This document shows positions 24,948-39,458 of a stretch of 64,000 nt of DNA, one piece after another (within the stretch, counting starts at the first letter, position 1; each line of letters opens with the position of its first letter). The stretch spans positions 7,874,001 through 7,938,000 of the forward strand of contig OU015569.1 in NCBI GenBank assembly GCA_907165135.1, written 5' to 3'. The translations under genes were made by a program, and so were the position numbers. The notes beneath the pieces were generated by a model, which had not been told where the DNA came from, did not search any database, and was given only the letters and a program-made list of their open reading frames with translations. This DNA is from Oikopleura dioica. Taxonomy: Eukaryota > Animalia > Chordata.

Positions 24948-25447
24948 NNNNNNNNNNNNNNNNNNNNNNNNNNNNNNNNNNNNNNNNNNNNNNNNNNNNN
25001 NNNNNNNNNNNNNNNNNNNNNNNNNNNNNNNNNNNNNNNNNNNNNNNNNNNNNNNNNNNNNNNNNNNNNNNNNNNNNNNNNNNNNNNNNNNNNNNNNNNN
25101 NNNNNNNNNNNNNNNNNNNNNNNNNNNNNNNNNNNNNNNNNNNNNNNNNNNNNNNNNNNNNNNNNNNNNNNNNNNNNNNNNNNNNNNNNNNNNNNNNNNN
25201 NNNNNNNNNNNNNNNNNNNNNNNNNNNNNNNNNNNNNNNNNNNNNNNNNNNNNNNNNNNNNNNNNNNNNNNNNNNNNNNNNNNNNNNNNNNNNNNNNNNN
25301 NNNNNNNNNNNNNNNNNNNNNNNNNNNNNNNNNNNNNNNNNNNNNNNNNNNNNNNNNNNNNNNNNNNNNNNNNNNNNNNNNNNNNNNNNNNNNNNNNNNN
25401 NNNNNNNNNNNNNNNNNNNNNNNNNNNNNNNNNNNNNNNNNNNNNNN
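24948..25447. other. Assembly gap (500 N)
   Basis: Run of N. The ORF-track entries that cross it are artefacts. Confidence 1.
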
Positions 25448-27463
<2,016 letters not shown>

Positions 27464-27668
27464 TTTCTTTTGTCTTACAGCGACAACTTCCCTGAATATA
27501 AACAGTTTGAGCTAAGATAGAAAAATAAAATTTAATATCGGTATGGAAATATAAAGAACTTTTACAGCTGCAGATTGAATAAAGCAGATATCGAAATAGG
27601 AATATAATAAAAAAGGGAGAGAATATGCGAATGTGAGTGAATGAAGGGGCATTTAAAATGCCTCATTT

Positions 27669-29586
27669 TTAATCAGTAAGTCTCTTAGGCTGGTTCATCT
27701 TTCGAACGACTTCATTGATGTACTTTTGATCGATGCCAACTAAAAGTGAAATCAAGGAAGAGTACGATCAATGCTGGTTACCTTTGCGGAGTTCTGCTAA
27801 TTTCTTTTCCACGACTTCATTGAGTTTATCTTGGTATTCTTTTTGCTCCTTTTCTGCTTCGATGGCTTCCCTGAAAAAGGCTCGTCGATCGTCGATTCTA
27901 TTTTGTTCTCGTTCTTTGATTTGTTGACGTAATTGCTGTGAATGGACTTGAAGGACTTGATGTTTCTTCTGCTTTTCATCTTCCTCTTTCGCAATCTGAG
28001 CTTCCTGCGCGTGTAAGACACGCTCGAATTCAGCACGCTCCCTATGAGCTTGAACTGCTTGGAAGTGGAGCTTGTCTTTAATCTGAGAGGTTCGAGCAGC
28101 ACGCATCTCAGCATCAATGCGCGCCTTCTTCTCAGCTTCAGCTTTCTCTTTTCGTCTCCAAGCACGCTCTTGCTCTTCTTGATTCCTCTTCGCTCGTAGA
28201 GCGTCTTGAGCAGCACTGAATAATAAAGAATAAATAATCTTTTTCTTAACTCACCGATGATCTTGCGCTCGTTCTTGCAAGCCACGAAGACGCTGAGTTT
28301 CCTTTTCTTTAGCTGCCTTGGCGGCGAGCTGCTCAGCTTCGAGTTCGGCTTCACGTTCAGCCTTAAGTCTATTGTACTCGACGACTTTCGCGTCTTGAAT
28401 GCGCTCCTGTTCGATTCTTCGCTCTTTTGACAGTTGCGCCTGACGATTGATCTCATTTATTTCATGAAGGAGTTCTTCTTGCTATAAGACAGTATGCTAA
28501 CAGTCATATTCTTGCCTTCTCTTACCTTATGCTTCCGTTTTTCGAGTTCTCTGATATCATCGTCCTGGAGTTGTTTCATGTACTGGACAAGAGCCTGAGC
28601 CTCGGCGTTTTTCCGTTCCGCATCGAGAAGACGCGTCTCAGTGTTTAGCTTGATCTGCTCTAGAATTTGGCGAGCGCCCTCCCGTCGCTGCAGATGTTTC
28701 TGTTTTTCGAGTCGCTCGGCTTCTTTGATACCATTCAATCGATGAACTTCCATCATGATGTCAAGGCGCTTATTTTCCTCATCCATTTCATTTTTGATTT
28801 CCTCGACTTCGTCTATTTGCGCGTCTCTGATGAAAAAATAAGCAAATCAACAAAGAAAACCAGAAAACCTGATCGCATGGCATTTGGCATTTAGAATGAG
28901 CTCGTTCAACTTCTTAACCGTGTCCTCCTGCTCCATTCTCAAGGCGTTTGCTTGTTCTAGAAGGTGCTCATTTTCTTTTTTCGTCTCTAACTCGAGGTCG
29001 TTGAGCTAGAAAAACTCTGATTTCTCTGAAACAAATCAATTGAAACCTGGTGTTGATTAGCTCTATCCATGTCAAGTTCTTTGAAGTGTGCCTTTCTTTC
29101 TGCGGCAGCCTCAGAAACTTCCTCTAGAAAAAAGGCTACAAAAAATGAAGAGGATTAATCATACCGCGCTCTTGCTGGCGCACAGCGGCCTCCTTTTCAA
29201 TGTCAGACTGAGAACGAACACGAGAAGACTGTTTAATTCGCTGAAAGTGCCCTCGTGGGATGACCATTGATTTACCAGAAGGGTCTTCTCGCGGTACTGG
29301 AATTGTCCGAATCAGATCCTTAGTGATGATCGTGACTGTCTCCTTTGGCTTATTTTTTGGCTTCGCTCCATGTTCTCGATTTTTGCGCAGGATTTCCTGG
29401 GTCTGTTTAACGGCTCACACCAAATCACTACGAGTCTCAGTTAATATCACGCAGGTTTTCTATCCCGCATTTAGGTAGTTTGAGCCGTTCATTTGAGCTG
29501 AACAATGTCTCGTCAACCTGTGAGGTTCGCGACTTGACCCGGTACTTGCCAGACATGCGACCACTTTTGACTGACTCGCTGGGCAT
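27669..29586 (-). CDS. CFAP45: Cilia- and flagella-associated protein 45 (CCDC19)
   Basis: KYRVKSRTSQVDETLF; ELILNAKCHAIR..DAQI; EENKRLDIMMEV; TPH-type coiled coil. Confidence 0.92.
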
Positions 29587-29697
29587 TCTATAATGTCCAT
29601 GTTTATTCGCTCCGTAATGAAATCAACAACGACAATTTTCCGTCTGGCACTGTATTTGCAGATCCAGTCAAAGGGGTTTGAACAGGGAAAGAGTTAT

Positions 29698-30218
<521 letters not shown>

Positions 30219-30453
30219 TGCTGGGTTATTTTTGAGTTAGATTTCTGAAAATGAGTCAGATTAGGTGTTTTCTCTATAACGTTTAATGATAGCGTCTGTG
30301 TTGAAGTGAGGCCCCGCTAAGGGCTTCGCGGTGGATGGGCTCGACAACTAGAGAATTGAACTTGCACATGTCAGTAGTGAGTTAATGGTAGATTCGATTT
30401 TCTAAACAAGCAAGGCAGTGCTTAGCACCCTTCGTCGTTATCTAAGAACAGCC

Positions 30454-31769
30454 TTATTGCTGTTTGCATTCGGGGTTTCCTTCTGCAGCTTCGCCCTGGG
30501 GAAGAGTTAATTAAACATTTCAATAAAGAAGCTCACGTCTGGGGCGTAGTCAGCATCCTCATCCTCTCCTTCACCATCAAGATCGTCAAAATCGTCTTCT
30601 CGTTCAGCGGCCTGCGCTTCCCCAGTAAAGTATAAAACTGCACGGGTGACGATTCGGTCCTAAAGATTAAAATTATTCCCAAGTCATTATTTTATTTTCA
30701 CTCAGACTCAACGTCGTAGAGAAGATGACTAACCTTAATGCAAGAACCGACTTGGAAGTCACTGTCAAGGAGATTTTCGGTGTCCGAGTCGAGCTCCTCG
30801 TTATCCTTGACCTCGGGTGGGGAGAAGAAGTTAAAGAACGAATCGTTCAGGACTTTCTTCTCGACGGTTCGGACTAGATTGTATGAGTAAACACTCGAGG
30901 GGAATGCTTCCAGAGCTTACCTGTACCGCGACCCTTGTGTTTTTGGCGCTTTTTGACAATCTTCTCGGTGACATTCTTACCAGGCTTCCAGTCAATCTTG
31001 CATCCCTGGCAAGAAATTATCTCGGGACCCTCGTATCCGAGCGGGTTATCCTCATCAATCATATTTTGAAGCTTGTAGGTCTTCGTCAAGACTTTGTTTT
31101 CAAAAAAGTCGTTCTCCGCGAACTCGAATTCGAGGGTGAAGGCCATTTGATCGCAGGAATCGGTCAATTTGGAGCGGATGTCAATCAGCTGCTCGAGAAT
31201 TGGCTCGTCATGTTCTTCGATGATCTGGTCGATTGGAGGCGTAGACTTGAGGATGGTGAACCAGAACTCGGGAATGCCAGCGACTTTCTTCGCTTCGGCA
31301 GCTTCCTGTTCCTTAGTCTCCATCACCTCTTGGACAACGTCATCTTCATCATCACTGTAATCCCATTTCGATTCCTCGTCAGTTGGCTCTTTCTGTCCGA
31401 TGATAATCTGCTTTCTCTAAGAAATCAGTCAAGAGACTCATCTCATTTCGATGACTTACGGTGTCAATGACGGAAGAGAGCTTCTCTTGGTATTTGAGTT
31501 CAAGCTGGTGGTACTCCTTGTTGAACTCAACCTCGATCTCAAGCTGCTGCTTCTGGAGAACCTTGAGCGCTTTGACTCGTCGTTTGACTTCGGCGGGCAA
31601 AGAGCGAATGTATTCGCTGTTCAAACCAGCAAGACCATCGAGCTTCGACTACAATAGCATTTAGGAATTGAATGATTCTGCGCGGTAATACCTGAAGAGC
31701 AGCAAGGAGTTCTGGGTTTTGCATGAGCTGAGCCGAGATCGACTTTCCGGATTCGTTGTCAGCAGACAT
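30454..31769 (-). CDS. NAP1L1: Nucleosome assembly protein 1-like
   Basis: SLPAEVKRRVKALK; GIPEFWFTILK; FEFAENDFFENKVLTKTY; CKIDWKPGKNVT; NDSFFNFFSPP; C-terminal NPECKQQ*. Confidence 0.97.
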
Positions 31770-31853
31770 TATTCGACAGAATATCTTAAGAAGTGGCGGG
31801 TAATTTCAGCAGCAGTTTACTTCCTCAGTATATTATACAAGGGCAGTAATTGT

Positions 31854-32461
31854 TTAGATGCTTGATGGGTAAAGCATAACTCGGACTCGGTGGCCCATAG
31901 CCTTGGGTGGGAGGTTCTTGGCGAACTTCGCTCGAACGGATCCGGAGTTACCGTGGGATCTGAAATCGGTGGTTAAAAAGGAGACATTCTCTGATGGTGC
32001 TTACCGGCAGATCTTGCCCCAGATGACTCGAGTTCGGTCAGCGGCGGCACCAGGAGCGGTGCATCGGGTCTTGACCTTGGCCTTGTAGACGTAAGCGACT
32101 CTAAACCCAACCTGATAAGCCTTTCCCTTCTACAAAGGGTGACATGGGATGGACGCACTCCCAGTCAGATTGAAGGAACCGTAGCAAGGATTTCAAAAAT
32201 TATCTTTGCTATGGCTAAGGTGAGGACGTAAAAAATGCGTTCCATTATGTCCTTTGGTTTTAGATGTCAGCAAAGATGCTGAAGTAAAATTAAGCACTGA
32301 TGAAGCTCTTACTAAAGCGATAGTTACCGTTTGCCGAGGTAGAAGGCGGTGTCTTCTTTGTTGTTGACACCCTCGAGCTTGATGAGAGCAGTCTTCTCGT
32401 GCTGGTTTCGGAGACCTCGAGTGTAACCGGTGAAGATACCCTTAGCGTAAAGACGGCCCAT
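31854..32461 (-). CDS. RPL35A: 60S ribosomal protein L35a, 3 exons (absent from the ORF track)
   Basis: [32 protein letters not shown]...FYLGKR|VAYVYKAK...[10 protein letters not shown]|[34 protein letters not shown]. Confidence 0.98.
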
Positions 32462-32684
32462 GTTGAGGAGTTAAGATTTTGGTCGGATTTCTGAACAGAG
32501 GCGAGTTGAGAAGGATTGAACGCGTCGCGCACACAACAACCAGTGTTCAGTTTATAACAATAAATGAACTTCGTTCAGTCTGATGCTGATACCAAATTGA
32601 CAAACACTCTTACAATCAACAGCCGCTCGAAATAGACTTGATGCAGCTTCGGGGAATCAAAATATACAAATAAATACGGTGAGG

Positions 32685-33086
32685 CTAAGTATTTGCCAGT
32701 TTGGGCTCAATAAATAAATTAATTTAAGTGAAGTTGAAGACTGACGGCAACTAAACGGTAAGTCTCCTCTTTCTTAGTCGAGCTGTTCTTCTTCGATCTG
32801 GTCCCCTTGAGAGGGTAGGACCCCCTTCGCGATCCTCATCGCCTACAATTCGTAAGTGAAAAATTCAATCGCCAAATATTTCCATGCCTGTTGGACTTGG
32901 TCGTCCGAGGCGCCAGCTTCTTTGGCAATCATTTTCATTTCTCTTTCCATTTCAGCCTTCTCGATTCTTTTGATCTGTTCCCGCTGCTTTGACGAAACTA
33001 AAATCAGTTTAAACAAATAAATAACCGATAATAATTAGATTATTCGTGAGCGTACCAGCGAAAAAGATCCCATTTGCAACGTTCAT
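32685..33086 (-). CDS. Small orphan protein; C-terminus ambiguous
   Basis: MNVANGIFFA|VSSKQREQIKRIEKAEMEREMKMIAKEAGASDDQVQQ across a canonical phase-1 intron. It then either stops at 32843 or continues via a GC-AG intron to 32685. Confidence 0.4.
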
Positions 33087-33209
33087 TGTCTCTAACACCT
33101 TTCGGTGCTGCTTTTATCAGCATTTCCAAAAAAGTACAACCAAGAAAAACTAGCTTCGTAAAGGTGAAATATCTCTCAAGGGAAAATAGCGCTAAAACGG
33201 CGCGCTAAC

Positions 33210-33270
33210 ATTTGTCTCACGTGGGGAAAGGCGCATAAAAAACTTAAGCCGTTTGGCCAATCAGTGCGGC
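33210..33270. promoter_or_regulatory. Probable promoter of the small-orphan/RPL35A/NAP1/RPS23 unit
   Basis: A gene-free gap of about 520 bp after the CLUH stop contains a CACGTG E-box (33218-33223) and CCAATCAG (33257-33264). Motif matches only. Confidence 0.3.
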
Positions 33271-33611
33271 GAGTGTGCGTTCCCATCGTTGCTCCTCTGT
33301 TGTTTCTGATGACCCCTTTTTCTACTCGGAGAACCGATTTTGTAGGGGATAAGAAGGAATTTCCAGCAAAAATCTTTCTCGCAGTAGTGGGCGGCTCATG
33401 TGACGCCTACGTGAAAACGGGCGTAGGCGACTCTGCGCGACGACGGTCAATGAACGTAGTATTTTCCGAAAAAGAGGAAATCCTACTTCGAGTTTACATA
33501 TGTTGTAAATGATAAGGGCAATCTAAAGGGGAATGAATGGTTGAATGATTCTTATAATTTTAAGAAATAGAAAGTAATATAAGCGTTATAAAAGCTGAGC
33601 CTAGAATCTAC

Positions 33612-36600
33612 TTATAAATTTGGCTGAATAAAATTGGAAACACTTTCCGGAGGTACCGCGGGAGAGGGCAAATTGGCTTTGACATTTTCCTTGTTTTTCA
33701 TCGCATTCATGGTCTTCTGAAGTGACACGGCCTGCTGCGTTAAATGCTTCAAAAATTCCGTCGATTCCTTGGTCTTCTCGTGCTCGTCGCCAAGAATAGT
33801 CCTGTATGTCTTGCATGCCTCTTTCTCGTGCGAGATCGCTTCCCGATAGTTGCTCTTGAAACTAAGGACACGCGCAATCAGATGATGACCCAAAGCTTGC
33901 TTCACAACCTAGGGACCAATGGATTAGAGATTCTTTCTGAATTTATGAAACGCACATTTTGTGGCTGGTGTATTTCGTAGATACTGAGGGCGTTTTTAAA
34001 GAAGCCCTCGGCGGCATCGAACTGCGCGGCCCAATAAAGTACCAAGCCGATATTCGTGTCGATGGTTGCCATTTCGGGATGGCCTTCGCCGTGAATGAGT
34101 TTCAAGAGGTAGCGAGCGCGGTAAAGAAGTTTCAGTGAGGCAGGTACTTGGTTGGTAGCGAAGCAGTAGTGGGCAAGTGTAATGTACTCTTGAATGGTGG
34201 AAGGAGAGTCCAGTCCGTGACATCGCTCGGATAGCAAGCACGCCTGAATTGTACTTTTGCGCGGGGTTCTCTTCCTTGATTTCAGAAACATGATAGTGCA
34301 ATGATTGTACTCATCTATTGTTCACAAATTTTGCATTTACCTTGTGCTGCTTTTCAATAGCTTCGGTATGGTTGCCCTGAATGTAGTCCAAGCGAGCCAA
34401 CAGTCTGTAACTCGAGATCACATCAGCGTGGACATTTCCATAGACAGAAGTGAAAAGTCCGAGAGCTTCTTGGATCATGATTTGACCGTCCTTCATGTAT
34501 CCCTTGGAAATGCACTGCTGACCTTTTTGGAAGAGAGCATTTCCATCAGCTGCCTTCGGGTTCAAATGTTTCACGATCGGAAACATAGACATGATATCCT
34601 AATACATTTTAGAATACAATATATTCGCAAGACTTACCTCGTCTGTAAAGGGCTGCTTCGTTTTACTCGCAAGGTCGTAGTTACGAAGATGAATCTGAAT
34701 TCCGTTCTTCAAGCAGACATCCCGCAAGAGCGATGCTTTTTGAATCTTGTAACTGCTGCAGATTTGGTCGATCGACTTGCAATCAATGCTAACGTGGAAG
34801 TAGGAGCGAGCGCGCTTCTCAACGTCTCGCCAAATTCCTTCGGGGGTGACTCTCATCCATTCGTTCGTAAGTCGCTGCCATCCGATGGAGGTAGAGGATT
34901 CATTCTGCTTTGCAGCGGGCTTCTTTCCTTTCTTCTTTTTCTTGTTTGACTTAAATTGTGTATTCACTAGATTGCAAGATGTTTTTACGATACCTTTTCG
35001 GGATTTCCGTTTATGTCATCAAAGATCTGAGGTATTTGGACGGTGCAGGAAGCGAATAAGCAGTTGAGAAGATGCGCAACAGCCTGTCCGGTGACAGACT
35101 GGTCGGTCTTTTGAAGATAGCTTCGGAAGATCCACTTAATGGCACGAGAAATCATCTCCGCGTTAACAGTGTTGATCACGTGCTCGAGGTTCGCATCTTC
35201 TTCCGCGAGAAGGGCTTTTTGAATAACTCCGAGGTATCGAACGCCGATACCCTTGATTTAATAAATCAACTTCTTATGTATTGCATATTTTACCTTCGAA
35301 TGCAAATTTTCGACCATTGACACACAATCAAGGCAAGAGTCCTGTCCTTCTTTGCATTCACGAATGAAGGCTGGAATCTGCTCATTGACCAAGAAGGCAG
35401 CGACATCTACAACTAACTGCTTTTGACGTCGAATTTCAGCGTCATCGGCGATGACGTTTACGGTGGGCGAGAAAATGTCAGGATTAAATCTTATGTCGAG
35501 CTCATCGGTGGAAATTGATCCGACGGCACTGGCAGCTTCTTTGATAGACTGGGTGTTTTTAGCCTGGGAAGAAGTTAATGACATTTAAAAGGAATGGATT
35601 GACATACCATTAGTTTTACTTTTTTCTCCTCCTCGCCTAACTCTTGCATCGCGTCAAGTTCCTTCTTTGCTTCAGCAAAGTTCTTCATCGCAAGCTTCCA
35701 ATACTGAAGGTATCTGTTCTCACAGAACGCCTCGACAAGTTCATGTCTATGAGCAGCGAGTTTATGCGTGTGTGTTCGTGGGAGATGAAGCTCCTTAAGA
35801 TTTTCGGGGAAAAGAGAAATATCTTCCTTAGTTAGCGCGTCTCCCAAAAAGTTGACGTCTGGTGGCATCGTCCGGAGCAAGTCAAGAACGTAATTACGCT
35901 TGTCGTTGCCTTGAATTCCTTTCGTCTCCACACTGGTGTACATGGTTATTTCTTTGCCGTCAGAGTTCTTCGCCTTGTGGATCTGCTGTTTTGTGGTCTT
36001 CGCTACTTGTTCCAAAAGACCATCATAATCTTCATGAGAAACGATTGTCTTTCCGAAGTCAATCGAGCCGTATACAACAGACTGCTCTTGTTCGCGCTCC
36101 AAGATTCCTGGAATGATCGACTGAGGCAGGGTTTCAATTTAATGTGCCAAGGCTATCCCTTAATTTCTACATGGCTGTCCGAATCTAGTACTTTGACACC
36201 TTTTTGGAATCGTCTTGACAAGATCTGTCGATTTATTGAGCGAAAATTTTAAAAAAATTGATGGCTTCGGACTTACATGGACTTGAAAAATGCACTAGAA
36301 AACACAAAAACCGATAAAAACTCGGAAATGACTTTGAAATCTAAAAATCGGCCTCGATAAAACAAAAGATCTTTTTATGAGGATTCTTAAAAGGTATGAT
36401 AGTACTAGGCTGGCACCTATAGTTTTCCCGCAAAACGAGAAGCAAATCTGGCACATTAAATTGAAACCGGACCTGAGCGGTAACGCGGAAGCCCTTGTAG
36501 TCGACAATCACAGTACCCAGGGTGTGGAGACCTTTGACATCTGCTTGGTTGTAAACTTGAACCCCCTTCAGGTCGAGAAGAGGAGCCACGAAAGCTGCCG

Positions 36601-37848
36601 CATCACCTCCGAAATTACCATAGTGCTCCCTGACGTCAAAGCCAAGCGAGAAAAATATGTTGCTCCAAATAAACATCTGACTGCGAGGTTCATCTCCAGG
36701 ATTGATCGCCAAGACACCCCCGTCAACAACAAGCATAGCGCCTCGAGTCGCCGCAGAAACGAAATCTGAGTGGACTTTAAAGAAGGCACGATCTCGAAGA
36801 AGTCGCTCGTGAATTGTGCTTGTTGGAAGCTCTCGAACAGCTTGAAGCTCTTCATTCCATTCTCGTGTCTGTCCTGGAATGTGTTCTTCCGTGCTTCGAG
36901 CAGTGTACGCATCCTCGGCTCGTACGCAATCCACCTGATGCTCTTCCTTAGGAGCGAGCCAAGAGAAGAGTTGGAAATTTGTGGGAAGACGTTCGAATGG
37001 GTGCAGAGAGCATCGTTTTTTATTGGTTAGTGCCCACCCTTTTTGAAAGCAGGAGAGAGCTGTGAAAGCAAGTCCACCAAAGAATGAGATAGATACGGAA
37101 CAGTAGCTGGAGTAGGGTCGAACTCGTCAATAGTAGATTTATTAACGTAGAATCCGCGAGGGGAGGCAGTTACTTCAAACGCTCGGCCTTCGTTTGTTTT
37201 GATTGAAAGATAGAGAAGATCACCGCGAAGTCTCCGTGGGTTGGGAGGAGGATTCCACATGGACATGGCCAGACGAGACAGACAATTAGCCTCCGCCGAG
37301 CGCGCAGGAAAGAGAGGTTCGAATACTGGCTCAGCGGACTGCTGGGCATGCCTGGGAGCGAGGAATTCACTCTCATTCTTTGGATTAATTTCACCTTCTG
37401 TTATTGTATTCAAGTAGCTCATGGAAGCTCCGTTGAGACCGTTCATAGCGTCGACCCAGTCGAGAGACTTGGTCAAGTCGCGAACATGGCGAACATGAAG
37501 GCGAGCTTCTCGAATCGTGTAAGGCTCTTCGACAACTTTGAGGAGTACGTTGTCGGTAAGACCTTCAATGGAGCGAAGTTCAGCAAAGTGATCGAGTGGA
37601 ACTCCGTTAAACTGAAGACTGAAGCACGTTCTCTGGCAACAATCTTCCCGATCGGTGATGTAGCCGCGAAGATCATTCACCAGTTCTCCGAGACTCAACT
37701 GAAGCTCGAAAACCTTAGAGCCAGGAACATCGATTTTGACTGTCACATTCGCATCAGCGATTTTCTCCTCGGCGATAATATCGTCATGTGATGGCTCAGG
37801 AGCAAGCTCAGGAAGTTTAGTTTCCTGTGCTACGGCTACAGCAGCCAT
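33612..37848 (-). CDS. CLUH: Clustered mitochondria protein (CLU/TIF31/clueless)
   Basis: [11 protein letters not shown]; [18 protein letters not shown]; [19 protein letters not shown]; [11 protein letters not shown]; [15 protein letters not shown]; [16 protein letters not shown]|SIIPG; [16 protein letters not shown]; TPR C-terminus [13 protein letters not shown]. Confidence 0.98.
36126..36472. mobile_element. TIR-bounded MITE forming essentially the whole 352-nt CLUH intron (36121-36472)
   Basis: Left end GCAGGGTTTCAATTTAATGTGCCA (36126-36149) and right end TGGCACATTAAATTGAAACCGGAC (36449-36472) form a 24-bp inverted repeat with 20 perfect inner bases. CTGAG is duplicated at both junctions. 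Confidence 0.85.
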
Positions 37849-37945
37849 TCTTTAAAGAAACGATGCTACGTCTTTTATATCAAAAATATATTTCTTCACA
37901 ATACAAAAATAGAAAAGGTAAAATGGGATGAACGATGACAGATTA

Positions 37946-38917
37946 TCAGAGTGCAGTCTCTTTGAAGCTTTCTTCGCAGCTCCGTCGGATGAAGCGAAAC
38001 ACCTGAAAGCAAAATTAAGGAGAGGTGTTTATCAGCTCGATTAGTACCTGATGTCGATAACTCTTTGGAAAGATGTATTTGAGACCTGGCGTTGCTAATT
38101 CTCCCCCTGGATACTGCGGAAACTTGGAAAGAACAAGTTTATATTCAGAACCAGCTGGTCGACTGTAGATCATTGATCTAGCTGCGGACACTTGGTGATC
38201 CTCGACCAAAAACAACTATAGTAATTTTATAACAACGAAAAAATGTTTCCGTATGACTTGCCTCTGGCCAATTAGGAAGCATCGAGGCGAGGCTCTTCAG
38301 TGTCTTCGATAGTTCTATGGGAGCGAAGATGCTTCTTACAAAATTGAACAGCTGACGAAAAAAGGAAAAATCGTTGTCTCCAAGCAGGGAGCAGTTGCTC
38401 TAAAAAACAAACTAGATAAGGATTCAAAATATCAAACCCTACATTGGCTTCTGGACCAAGGTCGAAAGACTCAACCACGACTCCCGCAACATAATCTGCA
38501 AGGCTTTTACTCGCCATTTTTGAGTAAGCAAAGACTCCTTCCTTGCCAACGCAGTGAAAGAAAATGGGCTCATTGAGGATCTGGTTCTCATTCAGAATAG
38601 CCCAAATGTCGCTTCCCATCTGCGTCAATGCTATTTCCGATTTCTTGTCATCAGTCGTATCGAGGATGTTTTCTTCGAGAGAATAGGGTAAGATGATGCA
38701 CGAACAGCCTAGACAATGGAAATTAGAGAAGAGAATAGCTGATTTTGTTACCTATGCTTTTGTAAACGTCCGCTAAATCTCGGATGTATTTTTTTAGCGC
38801 TTTTGAGTCACGCGTATTCGCCAAGAAAAGCACAGTTGGGTGGAAGTAGTTGTTTTCTTTTTGGTAGAAGTACGGATCACACCCCACGTCCTGATACTCG
38901 ATGTTGTAGTCGATCAT
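37946..38917 (-). CDS. TMEM53: TMEM53 / DUF829 family protein
   Basis: MIDYNIEY..HPTVLFLA..LADVYKSIGC..ILNEPIFFHCVGKEGVFAY..VAGVVVES parallels TMEM53 (LDYTIE..QPVVILLG..YSAIYHKRGC..KEPLLFHVFSNGG..VVGTIFDS). Confidence 0.7.
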
Positions 38918-39051
38918 ACAACTTCTAAAAGCAAAGTTTGTAATAACCTTACAAAAATGAACAGACGACTTTTTTCGCTGTTATTTATGACTAAAGGATC
39001 ACGACGCGAGACAGATCAACTTCAGTAAGAAGCAGTAATAAGCAGAAAGAT

Positions 39052-39290
39052 CTAAAGAGCGACAGCGGGCTCCTGGGTCGGGAGGAGGCCGAATCGTTTC
39101 TTGATCGTCACTCGTTCTCGTGAGAATTTGTCGTCTGAAACGAAGTGTTTACTATTTGAAACGGTACTGTCGACTTACCAGGGCTGAATCGAGCAGGATG
39201 AGCGGACTGGGTTGGTTTTCCATCGGGAGAGACGGGTTTGAGAGTGTAGACTCGCTTTCCTTCGTCGTTCAAGTAAAATTTGAGAAACAT
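39052..39290 (-). CDS. NOP10: H/ACA RNP subunit NOP10, 2 exons
   Basis: [37 protein letters not shown]|[27 protein letters not shown]. Confidence 0.98.
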
Positions 39291-39458
39291 TCTGAAATCG
39301 TTTAAAATTAATTCAATCGAATCAGGTTAAGTAAGCCTGAGGGATAGCACCCGAAGGTGCAAGCCCGCGAGCTTACGATAATAACCTTGTTTGTGGCGGT
39401 ACGGTAAAGGCAGTTATAGATATATAAATTAAAATATTGTTTAAATTGAACTTCTCCA

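Noticed and set aside
30250-30453. GC-rich stem in the NAP1 3' UTR resembling an H/ACA half
   Set aside because: No H box and weak pairing.
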